Positions 1 to 10,312 of a DNA stretch of 64,000 nt are shown in pieces. The stretch is from Candidatus Babeliales bacterium (GTDB lineage: Bacteria; Babelota; Babeliae; Babelales; JACPOV01). Both the position numbers and the translations under genes were made by a program. Location of the stretch: NCBI GenBank assembly GCA_050250855.1, contig JBFWNW010000001.1, forward strand, positions 64,001 through 128,000, read 5' to 3'. The notes under the pieces are model-generated. The model saw only the letters and a program-made list of their open reading frames with translations, ran no database searches and was not told where the DNA came from. The number at the start of each line of letters is the position of its first letter. Position 1 is the first letter of the stretch.

Positions 1-185
1 CGTTGCCATACTTTTTACGTATATTTGCAGAGCATCAACCTTATACACACACAATTGAGGCAGTACGTTCATTGCTTTTTGGAAACCCACTTTCTAATCA
101 TCTTCTAATGTCATTAACTTGGTTTTTAACTATTATCATTATAACTTTTACTCTGACTTCCTATTTGTTTTCTAAAAGGTCGTAA
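1..185 (+). CDS. ABC-2 type permease, C-terminal fragment (truncated by window edge)
   Basis: P.T..IEAVRSLL followed by a final TM helix, typical of ABC-2 membrane proteins; directly upstream of other ABC genes. Confidence 0.6.
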   Translation, partial: LPYFLRIFAEHQPYTHTIEAVRSLLFGNPLSNHLLMSLTWFLTIIIITFTLTSYLFSKRS

Positions 186-186
186 A

Positions 187-2526
187 ATGTTGATGAAAAT
201 ATTAAAAAAAGATTTTCTCAAAAACAAAGGTATTACTACTGCTTTAGTTTTTTTCATCTTCATGTCAGCATTACTTATTGCCTGTGGCACAAGCATGCTT
301 TTTGAACTCCATAATTCTTTGAATTACTTATTTGAAAAATCAAATGTCCCGCATTTTCTGATAAAGCATTCTGGAAAAATAAATCAATCTGAAATCGAAC
401 TGTGGTCAGCAAATAACCCCTGGATAAAAAATAAACAGATCATTGAAATGGTCGATATTAATAGGTCAGATATTTATCTAAATGACAGTAAATTATCTGA
501 ATATGACAGCGTAATGAATATTGCTTTTGTTAAACAAAACACTTCAATGGATTTACTGCTCAATCAAAAAGGACAGATCATTGAGCTGTCAAAAGGAGAA
601 ATTGCTGTTCCTCTTTACTACATGCAATTAAAAAATATGAAGATTGGGGATAAGGTTAGAGTTACTAATAAACACCTTGACATGAGCTTCATTGTTGTTG
701 ATTTTGTTCGTGATGCTCTTATGAATCCAGCATTGGTACATTCAAAACGGTTTGTAATAAGCAATTCTGACTTTGAAACACTTAAACAGAATGTCAAAGA
801 ACTTGAGTATTTTATTGAATTTCAACTTACCGACACAAATAAACTGAATGAATTTAGAAATACATATGAAGCATCAGATTTACCCCAAAATGGTCCTATG
901 CTAGATTTTCATTTACTCAAAATTCTAAATGCAATATCGGATGGCATCATAGCAGCTATGCTATTATTAATAAGTATCTTGCTCACATTGATTGCTATTC
1001 TTTGTATTAGATTTACTATTCTTACAACAGTACAAGAGGATTACAAAGAAATAGGGGTAATGAAGGCAATCGGCATTCTCCAGGGAGATATTAAAAAAAT
1101 ATATATCGCCAAATATTTTTTAATAACTACTGTAGGTATTGTTCTTGGATATTTTGCATCATTATTTTTAAAAAAACTTTTTTTGGCTAATATTCTTTTT
1201 TATTTAGGGAGCGCACCAAAAACTATTTTACTTTCTATAGGCCCGGTTGCTGCTGTAATGGTTCTATTTATAGTAATGATATTTTTTTGTGCATTAGCAC
1301 TCCGAAAAATAAATAAAATATCACCCATAGAAGCTCTACGAAGTGGAATTATTGGTGAGGCAGAAATCTCAAAAAGGAATCTGTTTCTTTATAAAAATAA
1401 GTTGTTACCCGTTAACATTTTTCTTGGCATCCACAATGTATATCAGCAATTAAGAAAATATATAGTATTATTTTTAATTTTTTTCTTTTGCTCATTTATC
1501 ATTATCGTCCCTGTAAATTTCCTTAATACTATTAAATCACCTAATTTCATTACCTACATGGGAATAGGACGCAGCGATATAAGAATAGATTTGCGAAAAT
1601 CACAGAATATTCTTGAAAGATTCAACACTTTGGTAACCTTCTTGAAAAATGATCCTGATGTTGCTCAATTTTCTCCAGAAGTTACAAGTCAATTTAAGAT
1701 GATAAATGACGCCGATATTGTGCAAAATATAAACATCCAAACAGGAGATTTTTCCAAATTTCCCTTGGAATATTTAGAAGGATCTGCTCCAAAACACCCT
1801 TACGAAATTGCACTCTCACTGCTTTATAGTAAAGAACTAAAAAAAAATGTAGGGGATAAGCTCCGATTAATAATTGATAATCAAGAAGAAAATATAATTA
1901 TCAGTGGTATTTATCAAGATATAACCGGAGGAGGTTTGACGGCGAAAGCTCATTTACCTTTTAATTTTGATACCGCACTATGGTACGTAATAAATGTCAA
2001 CTTAAAGCCTAATACTGAGTTTGAAAAAAAAATTGAGGAATACATCAAAATAGCCCATCCAACAAGAGTTAGTGATTTAGAAACATACGTCTCACAGACT
2101 TTAGGAAATACAATCAAACAACTAACACTGCTTACCTTCTTTGCAATTATAATCGCACTTTTTATTGTGCTAGTAATTACCTATCTATTCTTAAAGTTAA
2201 TACTTGCAAATGAATGGTCTCAAATCGCTATTATGAGGGCCATCGGCTTTACGTTAAATGACATTCGATTGCAATATATAACCAGGGTATCTCTCGTACT
2301 TCTTATGGGGGTAACATTGGGAATTTTAATTGCTAACACACTTGGCCAATACCTTGTTGATCTACTATGGTCATTTTTAGGAGCTTCCAATATTAAATTT
2401 GTTACTTTCCCTTTACTAACGTACTTTTTTATTCCTCTCACAGTACTGTCTATAGTAACCATTACAGCATTAACGAGTATGCTTTCTTTGCGTAAAGCTA
2501 CCATAATTAAAATAACGCAAAATTGA
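187..2526 (+). CDS. FtsX/MacB-like ABC transporter permease (duplicated domain)
   Basis: 779 aa with two EIGVMKAIG/QIAIMRAIG motifs, multiple TM helices and large extracytoplasmic loops. Confidence 0.85.
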   Translation: MLMKILKKDFLKNKGITTALVFFIFMSALLIACGTSMLFELHNSLNYLFEKSNVPHFLIKHSGKINQSEIELWSANNPWIKNKQIIEMVDINRSDIYLNDSKLSEYDSVMNIAFVKQNTSMDLLLNQKGQIIELSKGEIAVPLYYMQLKNMKIGDKVRVTNKHLDMSFIVVDFVRDALMNPALVHSKRFVISNSDFETLKQNVKELEYFIEFQLTDTNKLNEFRNTYEASDLPQNGPMLDFHLLKILNAISDGIIAAMLLLISILLTLIAILCIRFTILTTVQEDYKEIGVMKAIGILQGDIKKIYIAKYFLITTVGIVLGYFASLFLKKLFLANILFYLGSAPKTILLSIGPVAAVMVLFIVMIFFCALALRKINKISPIEALRSGIIGEAEISKRNLFLYKNKLLPVNIFLGIHNVYQQLRKYIVLFLIFFFCSFIIIVPVNFLNTIKSPNFITYMGIGRSDIRIDLRKSQNILERFNTLVTFLKNDPDVAQFSPEVTSQFKMINDADIVQNINIQTGDFSKFPLEYLEGSAPKHPYEIALSLLYSKELKKNVGDKLRLIIDNQEENIIISGIYQDITGGGLTAKAHLPFNFDTALWYVINVNLKPNTEFEKKIEEYIKIAHPTRVSDLETYVSQTLGNTIKQLTLLTFFAIIIALFIVLVITYLFLKLILANEWSQIAIMRAIGFTLNDIRLQYITRVSLVLLMGVTLGILIANTLGQYLVDLLWSFLGASNIKFVTFPLLTYFFIPLTVLSIVTITALTSMLSLRKATIIKITQN

Positions 2527-2536
2527 ATAGGAACTT

Positions 2537-3301
2537 ATGAAAAATATATTAGAAACAAAAAACCTAACAAAAACGTATACGATAAATAAAAAAAACTATG
2601 AAGTCCTTAAAAATATAAATTTACAGATTAAAAAAGGTGAATTTGTATCAGTAATGGGTCGCTCTGGTTCTGGGAAATCTACATTACTTTATACTATCAG
2701 TGGCATGGATAAGAGTTCATCGGGAAGTATTATTTTTGATGGAAAAGAATTATCAGGACTTGCAGAAAAAGAACTTTCCAAAATTCGACTTGATAAAATA
2801 GGATTTATATTTCAGCAGTTTTATCTTTTAAAAAATCTTTCTATTTTTGATAATATCATATTACCAGCTTATTTGGGGAAAAAAGTAAGCCGCTCAGAAA
2901 TTAATAAGCATGCTTTTGCTTTAATGAAGGAAACTGGGGTTGAAGGTCTTGCTGAAAACGATATTACCCAAGCCTCCGGTGGTCAATTACAACGTGTTGG
3001 AATTTGTCGTGCTCTTATCAATAATCCGGAAATTATTTATGGTGATGAGCCTACCGGTGCCTTAAACTCAACAGCTGCTGCAGAAGTAATGGAAATTTTA
3101 GATCAGCTCAATAACTCGGGAAAAACAATTCTATTGGTCACCCACGATCCAAAAATAGCTGCGAAAACGGAAAGAGTTCTTTTTATGCTTGATGGCAGTA
3201 TTGTTGCCGAAAAGAATCTTGGCAAATATATAAAAGAAAAAAACGACCTAAAACAACGAGAAGAAATACTTGCAAACTGGTTAATAGAGCTAGGCTTTTA
3301 G
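2537..3301 (+). CDS. ABC transporter ATP-binding protein (LolD/MacB-like)
   Basis: Walker A GRSGSGKS, signature ASGGQLQR, Walker B IIYGDEPT, H-loop VTHD. Confidence 0.95.
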   Translation: MKNILETKNLTKTYTINKKNYEVLKNINLQIKKGEFVSVMGRSGSGKSTLLYTISGMDKSSSGSIIFDGKELSGLAEKELSKIRLDKIGFIFQQFYLLKNLSIFDNIILPAYLGKKVSRSEINKHAFALMKETGVEGLAENDITQASGGQLQRVGICRALINNPEIIYGDEPTGALNSTAAAEVMEILDQLNNSGKTILLVTHDPKIAAKTERVLFMLDGSIVAEKNLGKYIKEKNDLKQREEILANWLIELGF

Positions 3302-3487
3302 CACAAAGAAATTAAGAGGTCATGTAATTAGCACAAAGCGTTGAATGTAAAAAGTGACTTCTGATTTAATTCTTAAGGGGGCCTTATGTATAAAACAACG
3401 TTATTAAAAAATTCTAAAATAGTTTACTATGTAATTATTTTAATTATTTTTGTTGTCTATATCACAAGAACTAATAGGCGTTATACT

Positions 3488-4258
3488 ATGTCAAAAAGTG
3501 TATCATTCAAAAATTCAAAAAACTTAACATTAAAAGGAACGCTTTGGCCTGCCTCTTCCGATGCTATGGTAATTATGGCTCACGGCTCTGGCAGTAATAA
3601 ACTTGCAAGAGGATTATTTCCTGAAATTGCACAAGCACTTGCGCACGAGTGTTATAATGTATTATCATTTGATTTTTCAGGGCATGGTGAAAGTGATGAT
3701 GCTGTATTTACTTTACAGCAATCAGTTGATGATGTTGCTTCAGCATTAGCCTATGCAAAAAAACTTGGTTGTAAAAAATTTGCATTGATTGGCCATAGTA
3801 TAGGAGTCTATTCTTGTTTGAAAAATTATAGTTCTGGAGTAAAAACTATTATCGGTATTGGAGGTCTCACTGGCCCTGTACAATGGCAATGGGAAAGTAT
3901 GTGTTCTCCTGAACAGTTAGAAGGCTTGCATAAAACTGGTTATATTGCTGCGGAGGTTAATGATGGACTTCGTGAAGTTCTTACTATAGATGGTAATCTT
4001 TTAAAAGATATTCAAGCAATTAATCAAGAAAAACTTTTTAGGGGCGCTCAATGTCCTGTTCTTCTTATTCATGGTGATGCTGAAAGTGATAGTCAAGAGC
4101 TTGATTTATTAGCAATTTCTCAACAAGGAGTTCCCTTTTTATATGAAGGATCTCAGCTTAAAATAATTCCTGGTGCTAATCATACCTTTGTAGAAGTTTC
4201 TGATCAGGTTATAAAGCTCATAAAAGATTGGTTTAAAGAGAATTTTCCTTTATCTTAA
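3488..4258 (+). CDS. Alpha/beta hydrolase
   Basis: AHG, FDFSGHGES, GHSIG nucleophile elbow, LLIHGD, GANH; start moved from the ORF track to ATG 3488. Confidence 0.85.
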   Translation: MSKSVSFKNSKNLTLKGTLWPASSDAMVIMAHGSGSNKLARGLFPEIAQALAHECYNVLSFDFSGHGESDDAVFTLQQSVDDVASALAYAKKLGCKKFALIGHSIGVYSCLKNYSSGVKTIIGIGGLTGPVQWQWESMCSPEQLEGLHKTGYIAAEVNDGLREVLTIDGNLLKDIQAINQEKLFRGAQCPVLLIHGDAESDSQELDLLAISQQGVPFLYEGSQLKIIPGANHTFVEVSDQVIKLIKDWFKENFPLS

Positions 4259-4291
4259 ATTTAAAGTTTTTTTCAAGAGGTGCGTTAAAAG

Positions 4292-4672
4292 ATGCAATTA
4301 TTTAATCATGTGCAAATAAAAGTTGAAAATTTAAAAAGAAGCCAAGATTTTTATAATGCAATAATGGATATACTAGGCTATTCTGTGGTTCTAGAAATCG
4401 AAAATAATGTTATTGGTTATGGTACAAGCGTACATGACATGTTTGAAATACGCAGAGCTACAAAGGAAGCACCGCTTTCAAAATCAGTTCATGTAGCTTT
4501 TAATGCTTCAACTTTGCAAAAAGTTAATGATTTTTATAAAACAGCTCTTGAAAAAGGTGCAACATGTAATGGTAAACCAGATTATAGACCTGAGTATGAA
4601 GAAGGTTATTACGCTGCTTTTGTAATAGATCCTGATGGACACAATATTGAAGCGGTTTATATGAAAGAATAA
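4292..4672 (+). CDS. VOC/glyoxalase family protein
   Basis: N-terminal H, HVAF, YYAAFVIDPDGHNIEAV. Confidence 0.9.
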   Translation: MQLFNHVQIKVENLKRSQDFYNAIMDILGYSVVLEIENNVIGYGTSVHDMFEIRRATKEAPLSKSVHVAFNASTLQKVNDFYKTALEKGATCNGKPDYRPEYEEGYYAAFVIDPDGHNIEAVYMKE

Positions 4673-4831
4673 TGATTCTGTTATACTTTCTAAAAAGTTC
4701 CATCCAAGTACATTTTAAACGATAAATTTTAAAATAGAACAAAAAAGCAAGGACTTACGCTGAAGCTTTAGCAGAGATTAGTATCGCACAGTAAATTTAT
4801 ATAAAAATAATAGAATCAAAAAAATACTCCA

Positions 4832-6007
4832 ATGCGTGCATTATATTACCTTATATTAACCTTATCATTTGGAATTCTCATAATGGCACAAGAAAAAATT
4901 CAATTACCACAGCCAACGGGTCCTTACTGTGTTGGTGTAAATACGTATTTTTTAAATGATATGTCTCGTTATTATAATAGTGAAAAAGGTCGTCCTATTT
5001 TGATTCATCTTTATTATCCATCTCTAGGAATACAAAAAGAATATCCACCTTATCTTTCGAGTACTATGCATCTTTATAAAGAAAAACTCGCTCGTATCTA
5101 TAGTACAGAAGATTTAGAGTATTTAGATATGATCTGTGACTGGGCTGTACCTAATATACCGATTGATGTAGAAAATTCTCCGTTTCCCGTTTTATTTTTT
5201 TCCCCAGGTATTTTTATGGCGGCACAGCTATATTCATCTTTGATTGAAGAAATGGCGAGTCATGGGTATATTGTCGTTGCAATTAATCATACAGATGCTT
5301 GTTGGCCTGTGATGTTTCCTGATGGATCTATTCCGGTAATCTTGCCAGAACTCGCGAATATATTTTCTAATAAAGAGAGATCATGTTTGCAAACATTTGA
5401 CATGACTCAAGACGTATGGGTTAAAGATATAGAATTTGTTCTTTCTTGGTTACGCAATCAACCATTAACAAAATTATTTGATTTCTCGCACATGGGTATA
5501 TTTGGGCATTCATTTGGTGGGAGTACGGCAACTGAAGCTGTACGCCAATACAATGATTTTAAAGCGATGGTGAACCTTGATGGCATGCTATTTGGACCAA
5601 ACTGGAATAAATCCTTTGAAGCACCAAGTTTATTTATTATAGCTGAAAAGCTGCCAACGCATGAAGAGATGCTTAATGCAGGACTTACCATAGAGCAATT
5701 TAACAGTTTATTGGAAAGATGCTCAAAAAAAGTTTTTGATCAACTTAAAGATAATTCTTTTTATGTAAAGGTAAAGAATTCTGACCATGCAACTTTTGTT
5801 GATTCAAAGCTTATCAAAAGTCCTCTATTAAAAAGTAGAAAGAACTCTCTAGAAGGGATTAAAATAGCTCGTGCTTTACTCGTAGACTTTTTTAATCATT
5901 ATTTAAAAAACCAAAAATTTATGTTGCTTAATAGTCAATCTCCAGACATTGTTGTCACAAAGAAGCAAAAAAGAGGCGAAAGCTGTCTTATTAATGAGAA
6001 AAAATAA
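4832..6007 (+). CDS. PAF-acetylhydrolase-like alpha/beta hydrolase, signal peptide
   Basis: PQPTGPY.VG, FPVLFFSPG, EMASHGYIVV, GHSFGG, NLDG, DH. Confidence 0.85.
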   Translation: MRALYYLILTLSFGILIMAQEKIQLPQPTGPYCVGVNTYFLNDMSRYYNSEKGRPILIHLYYPSLGIQKEYPPYLSSTMHLYKEKLARIYSTEDLEYLDMICDWAVPNIPIDVENSPFPVLFFSPGIFMAAQLYSSLIEEMASHGYIVVAINHTDACWPVMFPDGSIPVILPELANIFSNKERSCLQTFDMTQDVWVKDIEFVLSWLRNQPLTKLFDFSHMGIFGHSFGGSTATEAVRQYNDFKAMVNLDGMLFGPNWNKSFEAPSLFIIAEKLPTHEEMLNAGLTIEQFNSLLERCSKKVFDQLKDNSFYVKVKNSDHATFVDSKLIKSPLLKSRKNSLEGIKIARALLVDFFNHYLKNQKFMLLNSQSPDIVVTKKQKRGESCLINEKK

Positions 6008-6058
6008 AGAAGATGTTAGTTCTAAATCCTATACACTTTTACATCAAAGGATAAAACC

Positions 6059-6913
6059 ATGTTAAATTTTTTATTGATGGCAATCTTTATGGTTAACGCT
6101 TTACAGGCAAATTCCAATGAAAAAGCTCTCTATGATACAATTGGTAAAACTTATGATGTGGCAAGGTGCGCTGATCCTGAAATTACGGATTTATTAATTA
6201 AATATCTTGGCGTGTGTGAGAATGGTAAATATTTAGACGTATGTTGCGGTTCAGGCAATTATACTATAGCTATCCATGATCAAGGGGTTAATGTTTCTGG
6301 GGTTGATATTTCTGAAGTTATGCTTGAAAAAGCTCATAGAAAAAATGCTTCAATTCATTGGCTTCAGGGTGATGCTCATGAGCTACCGTTTGAGGATAAC
6401 TCTTTTGATGGTGCTTTGTGTATAAGTGCAATTCATCATTTGGGTGATTTAAATTCTGCTTTTAAAGAAATTTTTAGAATATTAAAACCGGGAAGTAAGT
6501 TAGTGATATTTACTAGTACAAAAGAGCAATGTGAAAAATCATGGCTCACTCACTATTTTCCGTTTATTTGGTATGGACTTGGCAAAGACAAATTAATGGA
6601 TGAGCCATCTCTTACGCAATATCTTTTGGATGCAGGATTTAATTCAGTTGATATTGAAAAATTCTTTGTAACACCAGAAACACAAGATTTATATATTTAT
6701 GCTGGAAAATATAAGCCAGAGATATATCTTAATGACCTTGTTCGTGAAGGAATGAGTCCTTTTAAACTGGGAGAATTTTCTAAAGAGATTGCAAAAGGCT
6801 TAAAAAAGCTAAAGATTGATATACAGTCTGGAAAAGTTAAAAAGATTGTCACTAAATATGAAAAGAATTTAGGTGAAAATGTTTTTGTAATAGCTGAGAA
6901 AAAAAATGTTTAA
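6059..6913 (+). CDS. Class I SAM-dependent methyltransferase with hydrophobic N-terminal signal
   Basis: LDVCCGSG, GVDIS, GDAHELPF..NSFD, RILKPG. Confidence 0.85.
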   Translation: MLNFLLMAIFMVNALQANSNEKALYDTIGKTYDVARCADPEITDLLIKYLGVCENGKYLDVCCGSGNYTIAIHDQGVNVSGVDISEVMLEKAHRKNASIHWLQGDAHELPFEDNSFDGALCISAIHHLGDLNSAFKEIFRILKPGSKLVIFTSTKEQCEKSWLTHYFPFIWYGLGKDKLMDEPSLTQYLLDAGFNSVDIEKFFVTPETQDLYIYAGKYKPEIYLNDLVREGMSPFKLGEFSKEIAKGLKKLKIDIQSGKVKKIVTKYEKNLGENVFVIAEKKNV

Positions 6914-7574
6914 AAAGTCCAAATTAATTATTGTTATATTTTTAGTTTTGAACATGGGTGCAGAAGATTCTCTGCAGATAAGTACCACGGAATTAAAAAT
7001 GCAAGATTCTAAAAAAACGTTATATTACGCCACAGGAAATTCTAGTAAGTTTAAAACTTCTGCTAGCTTTATTCCTCAAAATGCTCAAATAGAGCTAAAG
7101 CAGTTTGCATGTAATTTATTTGAAGAGCAGACTGAGGATCAAGTAGAGATTGCAGTATCTAAGGCAAAACAAGCGTGGGAACTATTGCAAAAACCTTTGC
7201 TAGTAGATGAAGTTGGTGTGTATTTCCATAAATACAATAATTTTCCTGGAGCCTTTACCAAGTTTGTTTATAAAGGTTTAGGATTTGATGGTGTCTATAA
7301 GTTAATGAATGATGGAGATGAACTCAGTATTTTATTGATTATTGTATATATCTATGGCCCAGATCAATACAAAATTTTTACTATACGAAAAACGGGATTT
7401 TTTAAGAAATCTGATAGAGAGTATGATAAAAATGCACCATTTGATTTAGTGTTTGTTCCTCAAGGTTTAGATAAAACGTATATTGAGCTAGAAGAATTTC
7501 CTGAAATTTATAATAAAGTTTACTACAGAGCAGTGGGTATGAGAGAGGTTTTAGAATTTATAAGTTTGGAATAA
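6906..7574 (+). CDS. Ham1/ITPase-like non-canonical NTP pyrophosphatase homologue with N-terminal hydrophobic extension
   Basis: YATGNSSK, EEQ, KAKQA, PLLVDE.G, FPGAFTK, FDLVFVP; canonical SHR replaced by YYR. Confidence 0.75.
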   Translation: MFKKSKLIIVIFLVLNMGAEDSLQISTTELKMQDSKKTLYYATGNSSKFKTSASFIPQNAQIELKQFACNLFEEQTEDQVEIAVSKAKQAWELLQKPLLVDEVGVYFHKYNNFPGAFTKFVYKGLGFDGVYKLMNDGDELSILLIIVYIYGPDQYKIFTIRKTGFFKKSDREYDKNAPFDLVFVPQGLDKTYIELEEFPEIYNKVYYRAVGMREVLEFISLE

Positions 7575-7681
7575 AATCTTTAGGGTACAGTTTTGTCATA
7601 TGAATAGATTAAAACAGAAATATTTTGAGCTTGCTGCATTTCAATATCATTATTTATTGAAGCATAAAAAATGGCTTAGTA

Positions 7682-8842
7682 ATGATTTATCTATATTTCT
7701 TTTTCATACTTTTACTTGGGAGCTTTATGGAGATATTTCCTAAACCATCAGGGCCATTTTCTGTGGGTACGGTAGTAAAGCATTGTATTGACACCGAAAG
7801 ATCTGAACGTTATTCATCTGAAAAAAATCCACGAGAATTATTAATACAAATTTGGTATCCTGCAAAAACAGTAAATTCTCAACCAAAAACTTTTTATGCA
7901 CAAGATGTAATGTCTGAATGGACTGATGGGCTTGCTCAAAGTGGATTTCCTGTTGAACATATTGAAGAGTTAAAGAATCTTACTACCTACGCTCAAGAAA
8001 ATGTTCCTTTATGTCAATCAAAAAAGCCATATCCATTACTATTATTTTGCCATGGTTATGTTGCTTTAAGATCAGCGTATACAGCCTATTGCCAGGAGCT
8101 TGCAAGTCATGGCTTTATTGTTGTTGGTATTGCCTATACTTATTACACACAAATTACAAAACTTCCTGACGGAAAAACAATCTACGCTTTGCCTGAGCAT
8201 AGTTCACAGATAAAATTAACCAACGAGATAGAAAGCCAAGCGGAACAAACTCTCTGGCTTGAGGATACTGAATTCATTCTTGATACCTTGCAAACTTTAA
8301 ATGAAAATAAAAATCCAGAAAATATTTTTTATCATGCAATAGATTTTAATAACGTTGGAATTTTTGGGCATTCATTTGGAGGATCTACAGCTCTTCAGAT
8401 GTGCCGTCATGATGAACGTATTAAAGCGGCCGTTGATTTGGATGGTGGTCTTTTTGGTGACCATGCAACAGAACCAATTGGAAAACCAATAATGATTATT
8501 GTGGGACAAAATTCCTTTGAAAGTTATCAGCAGCATGATGATGCTGAGATTGCTCAAGAAACAGGGTTTTCAAAAGAGATTATTGCAACCTTACGTAAAA
8601 AATATTTTGAATATATTCCTCGATTAGTAAAGGCATCACCAAATGCTTCTTTTATTATGATTAAAGATGCCAAGCATGCAGCATTTTCTGATTGGGCTTT
8701 TTTGAAGCATTTGCCTCTTTATCACGAAAACAAGCAGATTTTTGATCTTGAACAGCAAACGGGAAATATTGATGGTTCAGAAACAACAAGATGCATCAAT
8801 AACCTTTTAGTTAATTTTTTTGATCAATATCTAAAAAGCTAA
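7682..8842 (+). CDS. PAF-acetylhydrolase-like alpha/beta hydrolase (paralogue of 4832-6007)
   Basis: PKPSGPFSVG, IWYP, ELASHGFIVV, GHSFGG, DLDG, HAAFSD. Confidence 0.85.
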   Translation: MIYLYFFFILLLGSFMEIFPKPSGPFSVGTVVKHCIDTERSERYSSEKNPRELLIQIWYPAKTVNSQPKTFYAQDVMSEWTDGLAQSGFPVEHIEELKNLTTYAQENVPLCQSKKPYPLLLFCHGYVALRSAYTAYCQELASHGFIVVGIAYTYYTQITKLPDGKTIYALPEHSSQIKLTNEIESQAEQTLWLEDTEFILDTLQTLNENKNPENIFYHAIDFNNVGIFGHSFGGSTALQMCRHDERIKAAVDLDGGLFGDHATEPIGKPIMIIVGQNSFESYQQHDDAEIAQETGFSKEIIATLRKKYFEYIPRLVKASPNASFIMIKDAKHAAFSDWAFLKHLPLYHENKQIFDLEQQTGNIDGSETTRCINNLLVNFFDQYLKS

Positions 8843-8909
8843 GACCTCTTTAAAAGTGCAAGAGCTTCAATACATTTATATTGATGCAGCATTAATCTAA
8901 TAGGCTATA

Positions 8910-9303
8910 ATGAAAAATGACATTGAAAATTTAGTATTACATTTTAGAAATCCGATTACGCTACAAAACTTTGTTGCAAGCTTAGAATATTGGCTTCCAG
9001 AGCTAAAAAAATGCAATTCAAGACTATAAACAGGATGATCCTGCATGTGAGTTAAAATTTATATTTATAAGTGAAGTTTTTAATCCTTTTTTGAGAAACT
9101 ATTTTGATAGTTACAAATCAGACGAAAAATTAGGCAAGCGCCTCTTTCACATTCTTGAATTAATGGCCCGCAGTCCCGATACAGAGGTACAGAATATCCT
9201 CATTCTTGGCATTCTCAAGAAACTAAGTCAAAAGCAGCTGGCGAGAGCAAAAAGCTTAATGGGGCCAAGTACAAAAAGAAATTTAGGTTATCAGAATTAC
9301 TAG
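8910..9303 (+). pseudogene. Frameshifted hypothetical helical protein
   Basis: ATG 8910 reads MKND...LPELK; removing one A from the A7 run at 9005-9011 joins it in frame to ...NAIQDYK...LELMARSPDTEVQN...MGPSTK (ORF 9091-9303). Confidence 0.6.
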
Positions 9304-9304
9304 T

Positions 9305-10312
9305 TTAATGATCCAAATTGCGTTCTGCTAAAAAAGTTTTAACAGTTGCAAGAAAGTCAGCATCCCGTGCAAGGTATGCATGCTTGATACTTTTATTGTG
9401 ACTTTCAAAAACAGTAATCTTGATATTATTTTTTTTCAAGATCTCTTCTTGTCGCGCTATAGTTTTTGATGGCGTTACACGATCATGTGCTAATTTTGCA
9501 ATCAAAAATTCAATATGTTTTGGAATGGTATTATAGCGCGCTAGTACTTCTTGCTCATTTTCTGGCTTGCAGTTGGGCAATGCAACATGGTGAATAGCAG
9601 CTTGGAAGGCAGGCTTTAAAAATGGTACATAGTTAAAAAATGGCTTAACGCGATCTTTTAATACGCGATCAGACGTTATGCCGGGAGATTGTAATAAAGC
9701 AGCTTTAATATTTTTTTGTGCTAAAGGGGTGAGCAAATCAGTGCGCGTAAGCGTATTTAAAACACCTGTTGCGCCAGCGCAGGTACCGTTTATTATAATG
9801 CTTGCCTGTGGATTTTGCCCAGCAAGCGTATTAAGAAATTTGCTTAAAAGCTTTTGGTCATCTTCTTGACCAAAATTAAACTGTGAGCGGTCATGGTTTG
9901 GTGGACAGAAAGAAACTGCCAAACAGTTTTCTATAAATCCTTTTTGGTAGGCAAGAACCATTTCTGCAGCACAGCGGTCTGGATAGTTATATTTATTACG
10001 TGGCGTAATATAGCCAGGCATATTTACATACAGCGTACCCATGTAGTTTTGTGGCAAATAGGTTGAAAGCTGCAGAAATTTGTTTGGTTTGGTTTGTATA
10101 TACGTTCCTTCAAGCGTCCAGCGTTTATTTTTACGCATAGTTTTGATCATTCTATTGAGGGTAATTTTTTTACCAGATGCACTTTTACACGGCGTAAACG
10201 TTACAAGGTGGTATGCTTTGCAATCGTGTAAAGTGGCAAAAGGATGAGCCCCTAGCTGATTTATACAAAGAAGAGCAGCAAGGTAGATTATTTTTTTTAA
10301 TTGTTTATTCAT
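9305..10312 (-). CDS. Secreted alpha/beta-hydrolase-fold protein with GxCxG elbow
   Basis: Signal peptide; GTCAG, HDRVTP, IKHAYL; paralogue of the next gene. Confidence 0.65.
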   Translation of the reverse strand: MNKQLKKIIYLAALLCINQLGAHPFATLHDCKAYHLVTFTPCKSASGKKITLNRMIKTMRKNKRWTLEGTYIQTKPNKFLQLSTYLPQNYMGTLYVNMPGYITPRNKYNYPDRCAAEMVLAYQKGFIENCLAVSFCPPNHDRSQFNFGQEDDQKLLSKFLNTLAGQNPQASIIINGTCAGATGVLNTLTRTDLLTPLAQKNIKAALLQSPGITSDRVLKDRVKPFFNYVPFLKPAFQAAIHHVALPNCKPENEQEVLARYNTIPKHIEFLIAKLAHDRVTPSKTIARQEEILKKNNIKITVFESHNKSIKHAYLARDADFLATVKTFLAERNLDH

